Of a stretch of 64,000 nt of DNA, positions 26,715-36,622 are shown piece after piece (the first letter of the stretch is position 1; each line of letters starts with the position of its first letter). The notes beneath the pieces are model-generated. The model was not told the origin of the DNA. It did not search any database and was given only the letters and a program-made list of their open reading frames with translations. The position numbers and the translations under genes are program-made. The stretch spans positions 390,273 through 454,272 of the forward strand of contig JBAYWG010000001.1 of NCBI GenBank assembly GCA_041674225.1, given 5' to 3'. Origin of the DNA: Minisyncoccota bacterium (GTDB lineage: Bacteria; Patescibacteriota; Minisyncoccia; Phycocordibacterales; JAACPR01).

Positions 26715-27854
26715 TTAAGCTTCTAATTTTTGTTCTGCTTCTTCTGGAACTTCTACTGAAGCAATATCAATTTTCCAACCTGTTAATTTTGCAGCAAGAC
26801 GAACGTTTTGACCACCTTTTCCAATCGCTAATGATTGTTGATCTGGTGCTACTAATACTTTCGCAATACGAGCTTCTTCTGTTTCAGTTGTTTGAATATC
26901 TAAAACATGAGCAGGAGAAAGCGCTTCCTCTACGAATTTTGCTGGATCTTCTGACCATTCGATAATATCGATTTTTTCTCCTCCAAGTTCAGACATAATT
27001 GTTGAAACTCGAACTCCTCTTTGTCCAACAAGTGCTCCAACTGGATCGATGTGATCATCATGAGAAATAACAGCAATCTTTGATCTAGAACCGGCTTCTC
27101 GGGCAATTGATTTAACCTCTACAATTCCTTGTGTTAATTCCGGAACTTCCGCATTGAATAATTCTTCCAAGAATTTTGGATGAGAACGAGAAAGTTTTAG
27201 AAAAACTCCTCTAGATGTTTCATCTACCTTGAAAAGATAAGCTCGAACTCTTTCTCCTTGCTTGAATCTTTCTCCTGGAATTTGTTCTTCGTATGATAAA
27301 AGTCCAACTGCTCTTCCCATATCAAGATATACAGAACCTCGTTCCATTCTCTCTACTGTTCCTGAAACGATTTCTCCTTCTTTTTGCCCAAATTCAGATA
27401 GAACTGATGTTTTCTCAGCTTCTCGAATTTTTTGCATTATTACTTGTTTTGCTGTTTGAGCAGCGATTCGTCCAAAATCATCTTTATTTTCTAATGGAAA
27501 AATTAGCTCGTCTCCAACTTTTGCTCCAGTTTTCATCAATTTAGCGTCTTCTAACAGAATGTGATGTTCTGAATTGAAATGAACTTTTGGTTCTTCACCT
27601 TCGATATTTTCAATAACCTCATTTTCATCCATTACGACACTGTCTTTATCAACCACGATTCTAACTTGGTTAAATTCAACAGCTCCTGAGTTTAAATCAA
27701 ATTTAGCTCGTACAATTTGACCTTTTTTCCCGTATTCCTTTCTGTAAGCATTTGCCAAGGCAAGCTCAATAGCATCAATCACGACTTCTCGTCCAATTCC
27801 TTTTTCTTCCTCTAACTGTGTCATCACAGCGTTTACTACCTTTAAATCGATCAT
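26715..27854 (-). CDS. nusA: Transcription termination/antitermination factor NusA
   Basis: N-terminal domain, S1 and two KH domains. Lies next to ppa, with a 13-nt gap. Confidence 0.85.
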   Translation of the reverse strand: MIDLKVVNAVMTQLEEEKGIGREVVIDAIELALANAYRKEYGKKGQIVRAKFDLNSGAVEFNQVRIVVDKDSVVMDENEVIENIEGEEPKVHFNSEHHILLEDAKLMKTGAKVGDELIFPLENKDDFGRIAAQTAKQVIMQKIREAEKTSVLSEFGQKEGEIVSGTVERMERGSVYLDMGRAVGLLSYEEQIPGERFKQGERVRAYLFKVDETSRGVFLKLSRSHPKFLEELFNAEVPELTQGIVEVKSIAREAGSRSKIAVISHDDHIDPVGALVGQRGVRVSTIMSELGGEKIDIIEWSEDPAKFVEEALSPAHVLDIQTTETEEARIAKVLVAPDQQSLAIGKGGQNVRLAAKLTGWKIDIASVEVPEEAEQKLEA

Positions 27855-27977
27855 ATATTTAATTGTTTAGTTTTTTTAAAAAATTAAGCCCGCCGGGAGG
27901 CGAACTTGACCCTAAAAGTGTACCAGCTATTTTAAATTTGGTCAATGTGGCTATAAATCTGTATATATATAGAATAG

Positions 27978-28505
27978 ATGCATATGAAAAAACCAAGCAT
28001 TTCAACAACAATCATTTTTATAATAATTTTATTAGCCGTAGTCGGTCTTATTTTTCTTAACAAACCAAAGCAAACAGAAGCTCCAACTGACAGTGCACCC
28101 GAAACTCAAAATACTGCTGCTTCTACTACTTCAACAACAAATACTCAGGTAAATACTGCAACAAATCCAGACACTCCGGTTTCTTCACAACCAACAACTC
28201 CTGGAACACAAGTTATCTACGGCGATGGTGTTGTTACAACTATTACTCAAACAGGAGGACCAACAGGTGAAGCTCCAATAATTGAAAGTTTTGTTTTGGA
28301 TAATCCTGGTTCAGCAGTTTGTAGATTTAGTTGGGATGTGCGAAAAGCGAAGACTTGTAATTTTGTAAATGTTTCTACAAAGATGCAGGTGGATGCAGTA
28401 AATGACGAAGGAATAATTCAGACTAGTGAAAAGGGAGATTACCAATTGAAATGCTATGGTGACGGTGGAAAAATTACAACTTCATCAGTTGTGAGTTGTA
28501 AATAA
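27978..28505 (+). CDS. Secreted protein with Thr/Pro-rich low-complexity linker
   Basis: TM/signal segment followed by a TTSTTNTQVNTATNPDTP region. Confidence 0.5.
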   Translation: MHMKKPSISTTIIFIIILLAVVGLIFLNKPKQTEAPTDSAPETQNTAASTTSTTNTQVNTATNPDTPVSSQPTTPGTQVIYGDGVVTTITQTGGPTGEAPIIESFVLDNPGSAVCRFSWDVRKAKTCNFVNVSTKMQVDAVNDEGIIQTSEKGDYQLKCYGDGGKITTSSVVSCK

Positions 28506-28532
28506 TATTTAAATTAAAATTTAAAAAAGAAA

Positions 28533-28567
28533 AATCACGCAATCGACTGCGTGATTTTTCTTTTTTA
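28533..28567 (+). terminator. Rho-independent terminator
   Basis: ATCACGCA-ATCGAC-TGCGTGAT hairpin followed by a T-run. Confidence 0.65.
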
Positions 28568-28600
28568 TTTTGTTAAAACGCTTTATAATGAAAGCAACTT

Positions 28601-30343
28601 ATGTACATCGAGGAAAACAAACTAAAAAGTTTTATGATCGATTCTGGATTAGTTTCAGAAACCGATATTATTAATGCAGAAAAATCTATTGCAAATAATC
28701 CAAATCAATCTGTTGGAGATTTTTTAATCAGTGAAGGAAAAATTAGTGATGACGATTTAAAAAGAGTCCAAGCATATCTTGTTGGAATTCCTTTTATTGA
28801 TATTTCTGCACAAAAAATTCCTTTTGAAATTCTTTCTATTATTCCAGAACCGATTGCGAGAAATAGAAACATTATTGCTTACGGGAAAGACGAGAATCGT
28901 TTAGAGGTTGCAATGCTTGATACAGATGATCTTTCTTCTTTGGATTTTATAAAAAAGAAAACAGGTTTTACAATTCTTCCTCGACTTACTTCTTCTTCTT
29001 CTATAAAAAAAGCGCTAGTTCAATATCAAAAAAGCTTGAAAGCCGATTTTGGAGATTTGATTAAAAAAGATACAGACGCAATGAAGACTGTGAAAGAGGG
29101 AGAGGAAAATGAAAAAAATCTTTTAGAAGTGGCGCAAGATTTGCCTGTGGTGCGTATTGTGGATACTCTTTTGAAACATGCGATTTTACAAAACGCTTCT
29201 GATATTCATATTGAGCCACAAGAAAATGAATTGCTTGTGCGATATCGTGTGGACGGAATACTTTTTGAAGCGATGACCCTTCCAAAACAAAGTGGACTTT
29301 CTATTGTTGCGAGAATAAAAGTTTTGGCGAGTTTGAAAATTGATGAAAAAAGATTGCCACAAGATGGGCGTTTCAAGATTGATTTAGATGGAGAAAAAGT
29401 TTCTTTCCGTGTTTCTATTTTGCCAACATATTATGGAGAGAAAACTGTTATGCGTATTTTGCGCGAGGGTGGTGGTGGATATACTCTGGAATCACTTGGA
29501 TTTCATGGAGAAGGTCTGGAAAAAATCTATGAAGCTACAAAACAAACTACCGGAATGATTCTAACCACTGGACCGACTGGTTCTGGAAAATCTACAACGC
29601 TCTATACTCTGCTTGATATTTTGAATACTCCGGATGTAAATATTTCTACAATCGAAGATCCTGTGGAATATCAAATGAAACGCGTTAATCAAACTCAGGT
29701 GAAACCAGAGATTGGTTTTAGTTTTGCTGAAGGTTTGAGGAGTTTGGTGCGACAAGATCCCGACATTATCATGGTGGGAGAAATTCGAGATGGGGACACT
29801 GCCGGGCTTGCTATCAACGCTGCTCTTACAGGACACTTGGTGCTTTCAACTTTGCACACCAACTCTGCGGCTGGAACCGTGCCTAGACTTTTGGACATGG
29901 GTGCAGAATCTTTTCTTTTGGTATCTACGCTTCGCGTGATTATTGCGCAAAGACTTGTTCGAAAACTTGGAAAAAATAAAGAAAAATATTTTTTGTCGGC
30001 AGCTGGACTGAAGTCACTAGCGAAATCAGTTAACTTGGATAATGTTCTGAAAGTTTTAATTGATGAAAAAATCGTTGAACCAAAGGCTACTTGGGATAAA
30101 ATTCCGTTTTATAAAGCAAAAGTTAATGGAGATGATGATGGTTTTTCTGGACGAATTGGAATTCATGAAATTTTAAAAACTTCGCCTACGATTCAGGAAA
30201 TGATTATTGCGGGAAAAACTGCTGAAGATATAGAGGAGCAAGCAAAAAAAGAGGGAATGATGACTATGCTTGAAGACGGAATTTATAAAGCTGTGCGAGG
30301 TGTGACAACTATCGAAGAAGTGTTGAGAGTTATTTCTGAATAA
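28601..30343 (+). CDS. pilB: Type IV pilus assembly ATPase (GspE/PilB family)
   Basis: GspE N-terminal domain, Walker A GPTGSGKSTT, Asp/His boxes. Confidence 0.85.
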   Translation: MYIEENKLKSFMIDSGLVSETDIINAEKSIANNPNQSVGDFLISEGKISDDDLKRVQAYLVGIPFIDISAQKIPFEILSIIPEPIARNRNIIAYGKDENRLEVAMLDTDDLSSLDFIKKKTGFTILPRLTSSSSIKKALVQYQKSLKADFGDLIKKDTDAMKTVKEGEENEKNLLEVAQDLPVVRIVDTLLKHAILQNASDIHIEPQENELLVRYRVDGILFEAMTLPKQSGLSIVARIKVLASLKIDEKRLPQDGRFKIDLDGEKVSFRVSILPTYYGEKTVMRILREGGGGYTLESLGFHGEGLEKIYEATKQTTGMILTTGPTGSGKSTTLYTLLDILNTPDVNISTIEDPVEYQMKRVNQTQVKPEIGFSFAEGLRSLVRQDPDIIMVGEIRDGDTAGLAINAALTGHLVLSTLHTNSAAGTVPRLLDMGAESFLLVSTLRVIIAQRLVRKLGKNKEKYFLSAAGLKSLAKSVNLDNVLKVLIDEKIVEPKATWDKIPFYKAKVNGDDDGFSGRIGIHEILKTSPTIQEMIIAGKTAEDIEEQAKKEGMMTMLEDGIYKAVRGVTTIEEVLRVISE

Positions 30344-30345
30344 TT

Positions 30346-31560
30346 ATGAAATTTAAATATAAAGCACAAAACACAGCCGGAAATTATGTAGAAGATGTTG
30401 CAGATGCAAAAGACAGTTTTGATTTAGCGAGAATTTTGAAAGAAAAAGATTTAAATATGATTTCTGCAAAGCCAGTGAACGGTGGAAAGTTTTCTCAAAT
30501 AATTCAATCAATCACAAATTTTGGAACAGTTTCTACAAATGAAAAAATTCTTTTTGGAAAAAATCTTTCTTCAATGCTTGAAGCGGGTCTGCCACTTTCG
30601 CGCGCTATCGAAGTAATGGGAAGACAAAGTCGAAACAAAAAATTTAAGTTTGTGATGAACAGTATTAATGATTCTATTAAAAGCGGAGATTCTTTGTCGG
30701 GTGCACTATCAAAATTTCCTCATATTTTTCCAAGTCTTTTTATTTCAATGGTGCGAGCGGGAGAAGAATCTGGTGATTTGGTTGGATCTTTGGGAATCGT
30801 TTCTACCCAAATGGAAAAAACTCACGAACTGAAAAAGAAAATTCAAGGAGCGATGATTTATCCAGGAGTGATTATCACAGCGATGGCAGGTATTGGTATT
30901 TTTATGTTAATTTTTATCGTGCCAACTTTGACAAAAACTTTCGTTGAACTGAATGTCGAACTTCCAAAATCTACGCAGTTCATTATTAGTATTTCTGACG
31001 CTTTTAAAAACAATACTATTATTTTGCTTGGAGCTTTAGCTTTTGTAATCGGTTTGATTTTTATGGGTTTCAAAACTTCAACAGGGAGAAGAATTATGGA
31101 TTGGACTCTTTTGCATATGCCTTTGGTTTCTAGATTGGTAAAAGAAACAAATTCTGCGAGAACTACTCGGACACTGTCTGCGTTGATAATTTCTGGAGTG
31201 CCTTATCTAACTGCTGTAGATATTACGACTGGTGTGATGCAAAATTCTTATTACAAAGCAGTGCTAAAAAAAGCTGGAAAAAATGTTGAGCTTGGTTTGC
31301 CTGTGGCAAAAATCTTTGAAGAAAATCAAAAGTTGTATCCTGTGTTTGTGTCAGAGATGATTGCGGTAGGAGAGGAGACTGGTGAACTTGGAAACATGCT
31401 TATGAAAGTGGCTGTGTATTATGAAAACGAAGTTGAACAAAAAACAAAAAACATGTCGACAATTGTGGAACCATTTTTGATGATCGTAGTTGGAGCCGCT
31501 GTGGGATTTTTCGCACTTTCGATGATCAGTCCGATGTATTCATTGGTAGAGAATATATAA
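30346..31560 (+). CDS. pilC: Type IV pilus inner-membrane platform protein (GspF/PilC family)
   Basis: Two T2SSF repeats and three TM segments. Lies 2 nt after pilB. Confidence 0.8.
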   Translation: MKFKYKAQNTAGNYVEDVADAKDSFDLARILKEKDLNMISAKPVNGGKFSQIIQSITNFGTVSTNEKILFGKNLSSMLEAGLPLSRAIEVMGRQSRNKKFKFVMNSINDSIKSGDSLSGALSKFPHIFPSLFISMVRAGEESGDLVGSLGIVSTQMEKTHELKKKIQGAMIYPGVIITAMAGIGIFMLIFIVPTLTKTFVELNVELPKSTQFIISISDAFKNNTIILLGALAFVIGLIFMGFKTSTGRRIMDWTLLHMPLVSRLVKETNSARTTRTLSALIISGVPYLTAVDITTGVMQNSYYKAVLKKAGKNVELGLPVAKIFEENQKLYPVFVSEMIAVGEETGELGNMLMKVAVYYENEVEQKTKNMSTIVEPFLMIVVGAAVGFFALSMISPMYSLVENI

Positions 31561-31561
31561 A

Positions 31562-31592
31562 ACAGCCACCCTGTGTTGGGTGGCTGTGTTTG
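31562..31592 (+). terminator. Rho-independent terminator
   Basis: CAGCCACCC-TGTGTT-GGGTGGCTG hairpin followed by a U-rich run. Confidence 0.55.
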
Positions 31593-31603
31593 GAGATTGA
31601 GGT

Positions 31604-32056
31604 TCAATCTCCTTGGTCCGTTTGGTTTCCTGGAGGTTTCTCTTTCTCATCGTTGGCAAAATAAGTTTGCCAATTTTTCTCATTCTTGCTCGCGACCGCG
31701 ACCTTTTTGAAGACCCTGTTGATCTCACCATTTTCGTAGACATTGTCCACGTATCTGGCTCCGATGAAGATAGGATCACCTTTCCTTCCAATGCCTTCCA
31801 TTGTGAATGGCTTGTCGAGCACGGGGTAGTAGCTTAGCACCGCTCCTTTTTCCGAGACCAGACTCACCGTTCCGTCTCGATGAATTTCCTGAATAGCGAG
31901 GCCGTCACCGTTGAGAAGGATGCAACCTTCGCGACTGTCTACCACTTTGAGTGGTTGGGGTTGTTCGCAGCCGGTAAGGGCGACGAGGGTGAAAATGAAT
32001 GCTGCCAACATTGATTTTAGAGTGGCAACTTCTCCTCTTTTGGTTCTATTTTTCAT
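31604..32056 (-). CDS. Lipoprotein (hypothetical)
   Basis: Lipobox LVALTGC after the signal peptide. Confidence 0.5.
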   Translation of the reverse strand: MKNRTKRGEVATLKSMLAAFIFTLVALTGCEQPQPLKVVDSREGCILLNGDGLAIQEIHRDGTVSLVSEKGAVLSYYPVLDKPFTMEGIGRKGDPIFIGARYVDNVYENGEINRVFKKVAVASKNEKNWQTYFANDEKEKPPGNQTDQGD

Positions 32057-32142
32057 TGGTACAGATTTTTATGGAGTTTATAACACATTATTTTGGTTGT
32101 CAAAGACTTAAGATAAAGAATAATTTAGGTTAAAATTGTGAA

Positions 32143-32751
32143 ATGACTAAAGAAAATCCTAAATTTGAGGAGATGAAGAAGATTCGTGATGAAATCATGG
32201 AGTTGAAAGAATCTCCTCTATATATAGAGAGGGTGGAGAACGGGTATTTTCCTGTGATTGGGGCCGGAAGCCATGACGCGAATATCATGTTTATTGGTGA
32301 GGCACCTGGAAAAAACGAGGCGAAGACCGGACGGCCTTTTTGCGGGGCTTCCGGCCGTATCCTCGATGAACTTCTTCAAACTATCAAAACAAAAAGAGAT
32401 GACGTTTATATAACTAATATTGTAAAAGACCGACCAACAGGCAATCGCGATCCACGTCCAGAAGAAATAGAAATTTACTCTCCATTTCTCGACAGACAAA
32501 TTGAAACCATTCAGCCAAAAGTCATTGCAACACTCGGAAGATTTTCTATGCAATACATTATGAAAAAATTTGGTTTAGAGAAAGATCTAGATATTATTTC
32601 AAAAAATCACGGAAAAATTTTTGAAGCAAAAGCATCTTACGGAAAAATAAAAATCATTCCACTTTATCATCCTGCTGTCGCAATTTATTCTCGTACACAG
32701 TTACCACAATTAAAACAAGACTTCGAGCTTTTGAAAGAGTACAATAGTTAG
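32143..32751 (+). CDS. Uracil-DNA glycosylase, family 4
   Basis: GEAPGKNEAKTGRPFCGASGRIL and HPAVAIY motifs. Confidence 0.8.
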   Translation: MTKENPKFEEMKKIRDEIMELKESPLYIERVENGYFPVIGAGSHDANIMFIGEAPGKNEAKTGRPFCGASGRILDELLQTIKTKRDDVYITNIVKDRPTGNRDPRPEEIEIYSPFLDRQIETIQPKVIATLGRFSMQYIMKKFGLEKDLDIISKNHGKIFEAKASYGKIKIIPLYHPAVAIYSRTQLPQLKQDFELLKEYNS

Positions 32752-32753
32752 TA

Positions 32754-34553
32754 ATGAATAGAGGTTTTACACTTATCGAAACTGTAATCGGCGTTGCGAT
32801 TTTTGCAATGATAGCTACATCTGCATGGATGGGGCTTGTAAAAATTTTTGATGCTGTCGCAATTCTTCGAACAAAAACTATTGCAGTAAACTTGGCGACA
32901 GAACAAATTGAAATTATTAGAAATCTTCCTTATTCAAAAGTTGGAATTCAAAACGGACTCCCTGCAGGAGATGTTCCTTATGAACAAATATTAGAAAGAG
33001 ACGGAAAAAGTTTTCTTGTGAGAACTGCAATCAGAAATATTGATTTAGCATTTGATGGATTAATTGGTGGTACTCCAAACGATTTATCTCCAGCAGATAA
33101 TAAATTAGTCGAAGTGGAAGTTTCTTGTTCAAATTGTGCAAAACAAATTGACCCAATTGTTTTTAGTACGAGAATCGCTCCAATGGCTTTAGAGACAACT
33201 GGAAATAACGGCGCATTATTTATTTCTGTCTTTGATTCCAACGGGCAACCAGTGTCCGGTGCAAATGTTTCTGTGGAATTTAATGCCACAACAACTCCAG
33301 TAATTATAAATGACATGACGAATGCTTCAGGTCTTCTACAAATTATTGATGCTCCTCCAGGGGTAGAGGCTTATGAAATTTTGGTCACAAAAGCCGGGTA
33401 TTCTTCAGAAAGAACTTATGCAACTGGTGAAGTTTCAAATCCTTCGCCAAATAAATTGCATGCGAATGTGGTTTCAGGACAAGTTACTCAAATTAGTTTT
33501 TCGATTGATAGACTTTCTGTTCTGACTGTAAACACTAGAACTGTTGCTTGCTCTCCAATTTCAAGTGTCGATTTCAATATTGAAAGTTCAAAAATGATTG
33601 GTGTGAACACTCCTAAATATGATGTGGATCATGTAACAAATGTTTCAGGACAGAAAATTATCAGTAGTTTAGAGTGGGATACGTATAATTTAACTTTGTT
33701 GGAATCAGGGAAACATTTGATTGGTGCAAATCCTAGCCTTCCCTTTGATGTTTTTGCTGGTACTGAACAAACTTTAGATTTAATTTTGGGATCATCAGAT
33801 CCAAACGCTGTGCTCGTGACTGTGGTGGATGGAGCAAATCAACAATTACTTTCTGATGCAATAGTAAAATTCACTCAAGGTTCTGTGATGAAAACTGCAA
33901 CAACTGGTAGTGGTTATCTTGAGCAAACAGATTGGTCTGGAGGTCAGGGACAAATCAATTTTATAAATGAATCACAATATTTGACACAAGATGGGGGAAT
34001 AGAAACAAACAGTCCAGATGGAGAATTAAAGTTAGATTATTTTGCGGGCAATTATTCGAACAGTGGTTTATTAGAATCTTCTGTTTTTGATATTGGTACC
34101 ACTACAAATTTCTTGACACTTTCTTGGACGCCATCTGATCAGCCTCAGTTTTCAGGATTAAATTCTGCAAAATTTCAAATCGCTACAAATGAAACTTTAG
34201 AAGACACGCCCGAGGTTCCTTTGGTTTGGGATTTTAGAGGTCCAAGTGGTAGTAGTGGAACTTATTATGATACTCCGGGGCAAGCCATTGCGAGCCTGCA
34301 CGACGGCGACAGATATTTGAAATATAAATTATTTTTATCTACTGGAGATTCTTCTGTAACACCAAATATCTCTGATGTGCGTTTTAGTTTTGCTACCGAC
34401 TGTACTCCTGTGGGACAGGCCTATGTTGGTGGGTTAAATAACTCTTCTTATAATTTGGAAATTTCAAAACCAGGTTATGAGACGATAAATTATTCTGGAC
34501 TTCTTTTCAATCAACCTTGGCAAACTGTTAAAATAACTTTGAATCCATTATAA
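32754..34553 (+). CDS. Large prepilin-type (N-terminal methylation motif) pseudopilin-like protein, 599 aa
   Basis: N-terminus MNRGFTLIETVIGVAIFAMI is a class III signal peptide. Confidence 0.7.
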   Translation: MNRGFTLIETVIGVAIFAMIATSAWMGLVKIFDAVAILRTKTIAVNLATEQIEIIRNLPYSKVGIQNGLPAGDVPYEQILERDGKSFLVRTAIRNIDLAFDGLIGGTPNDLSPADNKLVEVEVSCSNCAKQIDPIVFSTRIAPMALETTGNNGALFISVFDSNGQPVSGANVSVEFNATTTPVIINDMTNASGLLQIIDAPPGVEAYEILVTKAGYSSERTYATGEVSNPSPNKLHANVVSGQVTQISFSIDRLSVLTVNTRTVACSPISSVDFNIESSKMIGVNTPKYDVDHVTNVSGQKIISSLEWDTYNLTLLESGKHLIGANPSLPFDVFAGTEQTLDLILGSSDPNAVLVTVVDGANQQLLSDAIVKFTQGSVMKTATTGSGYLEQTDWSGGQGQINFINESQYLTQDGGIETNSPDGELKLDYFAGNYSNSGLLESSVFDIGTTTNFLTLSWTPSDQPQFSGLNSAKFQIATNETLEDTPEVPLVWDFRGPSGSSGTYYDTPGQAIASLHDGDRYLKYKLFLSTGDSSVTPNISDVRFSFATDCTPVGQAYVGGLNNSSYNLEISKPGYETINYSGLLFNQPWQTVKITLNPL

Positions 34554-34555
34554 AT

Positions 34556-35161
34556 ATGAAAAAAGGTTTCACTTTAATTGAATCAGTAATTGCAGTAGCC
34601 ATATTTAGCTCGGTTGTTGTTGCCATTGGAGCTTTTCAAAGAGATGTTTTTTTCTTTAATGATATTTTACAAACAGGATTAAACAATATTACAGAAGCCA
34701 GAAAAGTTTTGAGACCATTTGTTGGGGAAGTGCGTGGAGCACAACCTTCAAATCTTGGTGCTTCAGCTGTGCAAAATGCAGAAGAAAAATCTTTTATATT
34801 TTTTACAGACTTAAATGCAGATGGATTAAAAGAAAGAGTGCGATATTTTGTTGATGGAGATACTTTTAAAAAGGGTGTTATCGAGCCAATTGGTAATCCA
34901 TTTGTATATGATCAAAATAATGAAAAAATAACTAATGTGGTAAATGATGTTGTAAATGTAGACACGAAATTTTATTACTATGGTTCAAATTATAATGGTA
35001 CAGAAGAAACACCACCGCTAGCCTTCCCCGTGTCTCCTTCGGAAGTTCGTTTGGTAAAAGTTGATTTAACCATTGATACAAATCCGAATCGTGCTCCTGG
35101 TAGAATGACTATCACAACACAAGCAACAATTAGAAATTTGAAAGACAATTATGAAGACTAA
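34556..35161 (+). CDS. Prepilin-type pilin/pseudopilin
   Basis: MKKGFTLIESVIAVAIF N-terminus. Confidence 0.7.
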   Translation: MKKGFTLIESVIAVAIFSSVVVAIGAFQRDVFFFNDILQTGLNNITEARKVLRPFVGEVRGAQPSNLGASAVQNAEEKSFIFFTDLNADGLKERVRYFVDGDTFKKGVIEPIGNPFVYDQNNEKITNVVNDVVNVDTKFYYYGSNYNGTEETPPLAFPVSPSEVRLVKVDLTIDTNPNRAPGRMTITTQATIRNLKDNYED

Positions 35162-36596
35162 TAATTTAAAAAATAATAGTGGAATAATTCTTTTGAATAC
35201 TTTAGTTTTTGGAATGGTTGCCGTGATGTTAATTGTTGCACTCTCTAGCTGGTTTACTGTGACTTATCGAGGCTCAAGAAAAGTTATTGATGAAGAGCAA
35301 GCCTTTCATATTGCTGAAGCAGGAATTGAATATTACAGATGGCATTTAGCTCACGCACCACAAGATTTTACTGACGGAAATGCTGCGAATGTTGCTCAGC
35401 CTTATAAGCATGATTTTTTTGATAAAAATGATGAAAAAATTGGTGAGTTTGAATTAACTATTATAGCTCCAGAAAGTGGTTCGACTTTGGTGACTGTTGA
35501 GTCAAAAGGAATCTTGGATGCATCAGGAGTTTCAAAAACTATTAGAGCAGAATTCGCAAAACCTACATTTGCAAAATATGCTTTTATTTCAAATGAAAAT
35601 ATTCGTCTTGGCGAAGGTACAGAAGTTTTTGGGTTGATTCATTCAAACGAAGGTGTTCGTTTTGAGGGAGTTGCTCATAATTTGGTGACGAGCGCCCAGA
35701 CTACTTATGATGATCCAGATCATGGAGGAGCAAAAGAATGGGGAGTTCATACTCATGTGGATCCTGTTGATCCAATGCCGAATACTCCTTTGCCAAATAG
35801 ATTTGATATTTTTCAATCTGGGCGCGAGGTGGGTGTGCCAGCAATAGATTTTGATGGACTTACTGCCACAATGGCCGATTTAAAATCAAAGGCGCAGGCA
35901 GATGGCAGATATCATGGAAGCTCTGGAAAGAGTGGATATAATTTAGTTTTAAAAACTAATGGAACTTATCAATTATACAAAGTGAATTCTTTGATTAATC
36001 CCTCTAACTCTTGCAATAACGCTCTTGGTCAGCCTGATTGGGGAAGTTGGAGTATAAATAAACGATCTTTGGTTGGTACATATCAAATGCCGGATAACGG
36101 TGTAATTTTCCTTGAAGATCATGTTTGGGTTGAAGGACAAATAGATGAAGAAAGATTGACTATCGTGGCAGCACGATTTCCAGAGGCTCCTGGGCAATAC
36201 AGAAATATTATTATCAACAAAGATATTTTGTATTCAAACATGGATGGGCAAGATGTTTTGGGTTTGATTGCGCAGGGAGATATTAATATTGGAATGTATA
36301 GTGATGATGTTTTAGATATTCATGCAGCGATGATCGCAAAGAATGGAAGAATTGGAAGATATTATTACCGACCACCTTCAAATAATAATGGATGCTCTCC
36401 TTATCATACGAGAAACACAATTAATGTTTATGGAATGATTGGCACAAACGGTAGATATGGTTTCGCTTACACAGATGATACTGGTTATATAAACAGAAAT
36501 GTGACTTACGACGCAAATCTTCTTTATAATTCTCCGCCAGAGTTTCCACTTACTGCAGATCAATACGAAATAATTTCTTGGGAAGAATTGGATTAG
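35151..36596 (+). CDS. Pilus-associated membrane-anchored protein (PilX-like, hypothetical)
   Basis: N-terminal hydrophobic anchor and a large extracellular region, within the pilus cluster. Confidence 0.45.
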   Translation: MKTNNLKNNSGIILLNTLVFGMVAVMLIVALSSWFTVTYRGSRKVIDEEQAFHIAEAGIEYYRWHLAHAPQDFTDGNAANVAQPYKHDFFDKNDEKIGEFELTIIAPESGSTLVTVESKGILDASGVSKTIRAEFAKPTFAKYAFISNENIRLGEGTEVFGLIHSNEGVRFEGVAHNLVTSAQTTYDDPDHGGAKEWGVHTHVDPVDPMPNTPLPNRFDIFQSGREVGVPAIDFDGLTATMADLKSKAQADGRYHGSSGKSGYNLVLKTNGTYQLYKVNSLINPSNSCNNALGQPDWGSWSINKRSLVGTYQMPDNGVIFLEDHVWVEGQIDEERLTIVAARFPEAPGQYRNIIINKDILYSNMDGQDVLGLIAQGDINIGMYSDDVLDIHAAMIAKNGRIGRYYYRPPSNNNGCSPYHTRNTINVYGMIGTNGRYGFAYTDDTGYINRNVTYDANLLYNSPPEFPLTADQYEIISWEELD

Positions 36597-36622
36597 TTGA
36601 AAATTGATATATAATATTTTTA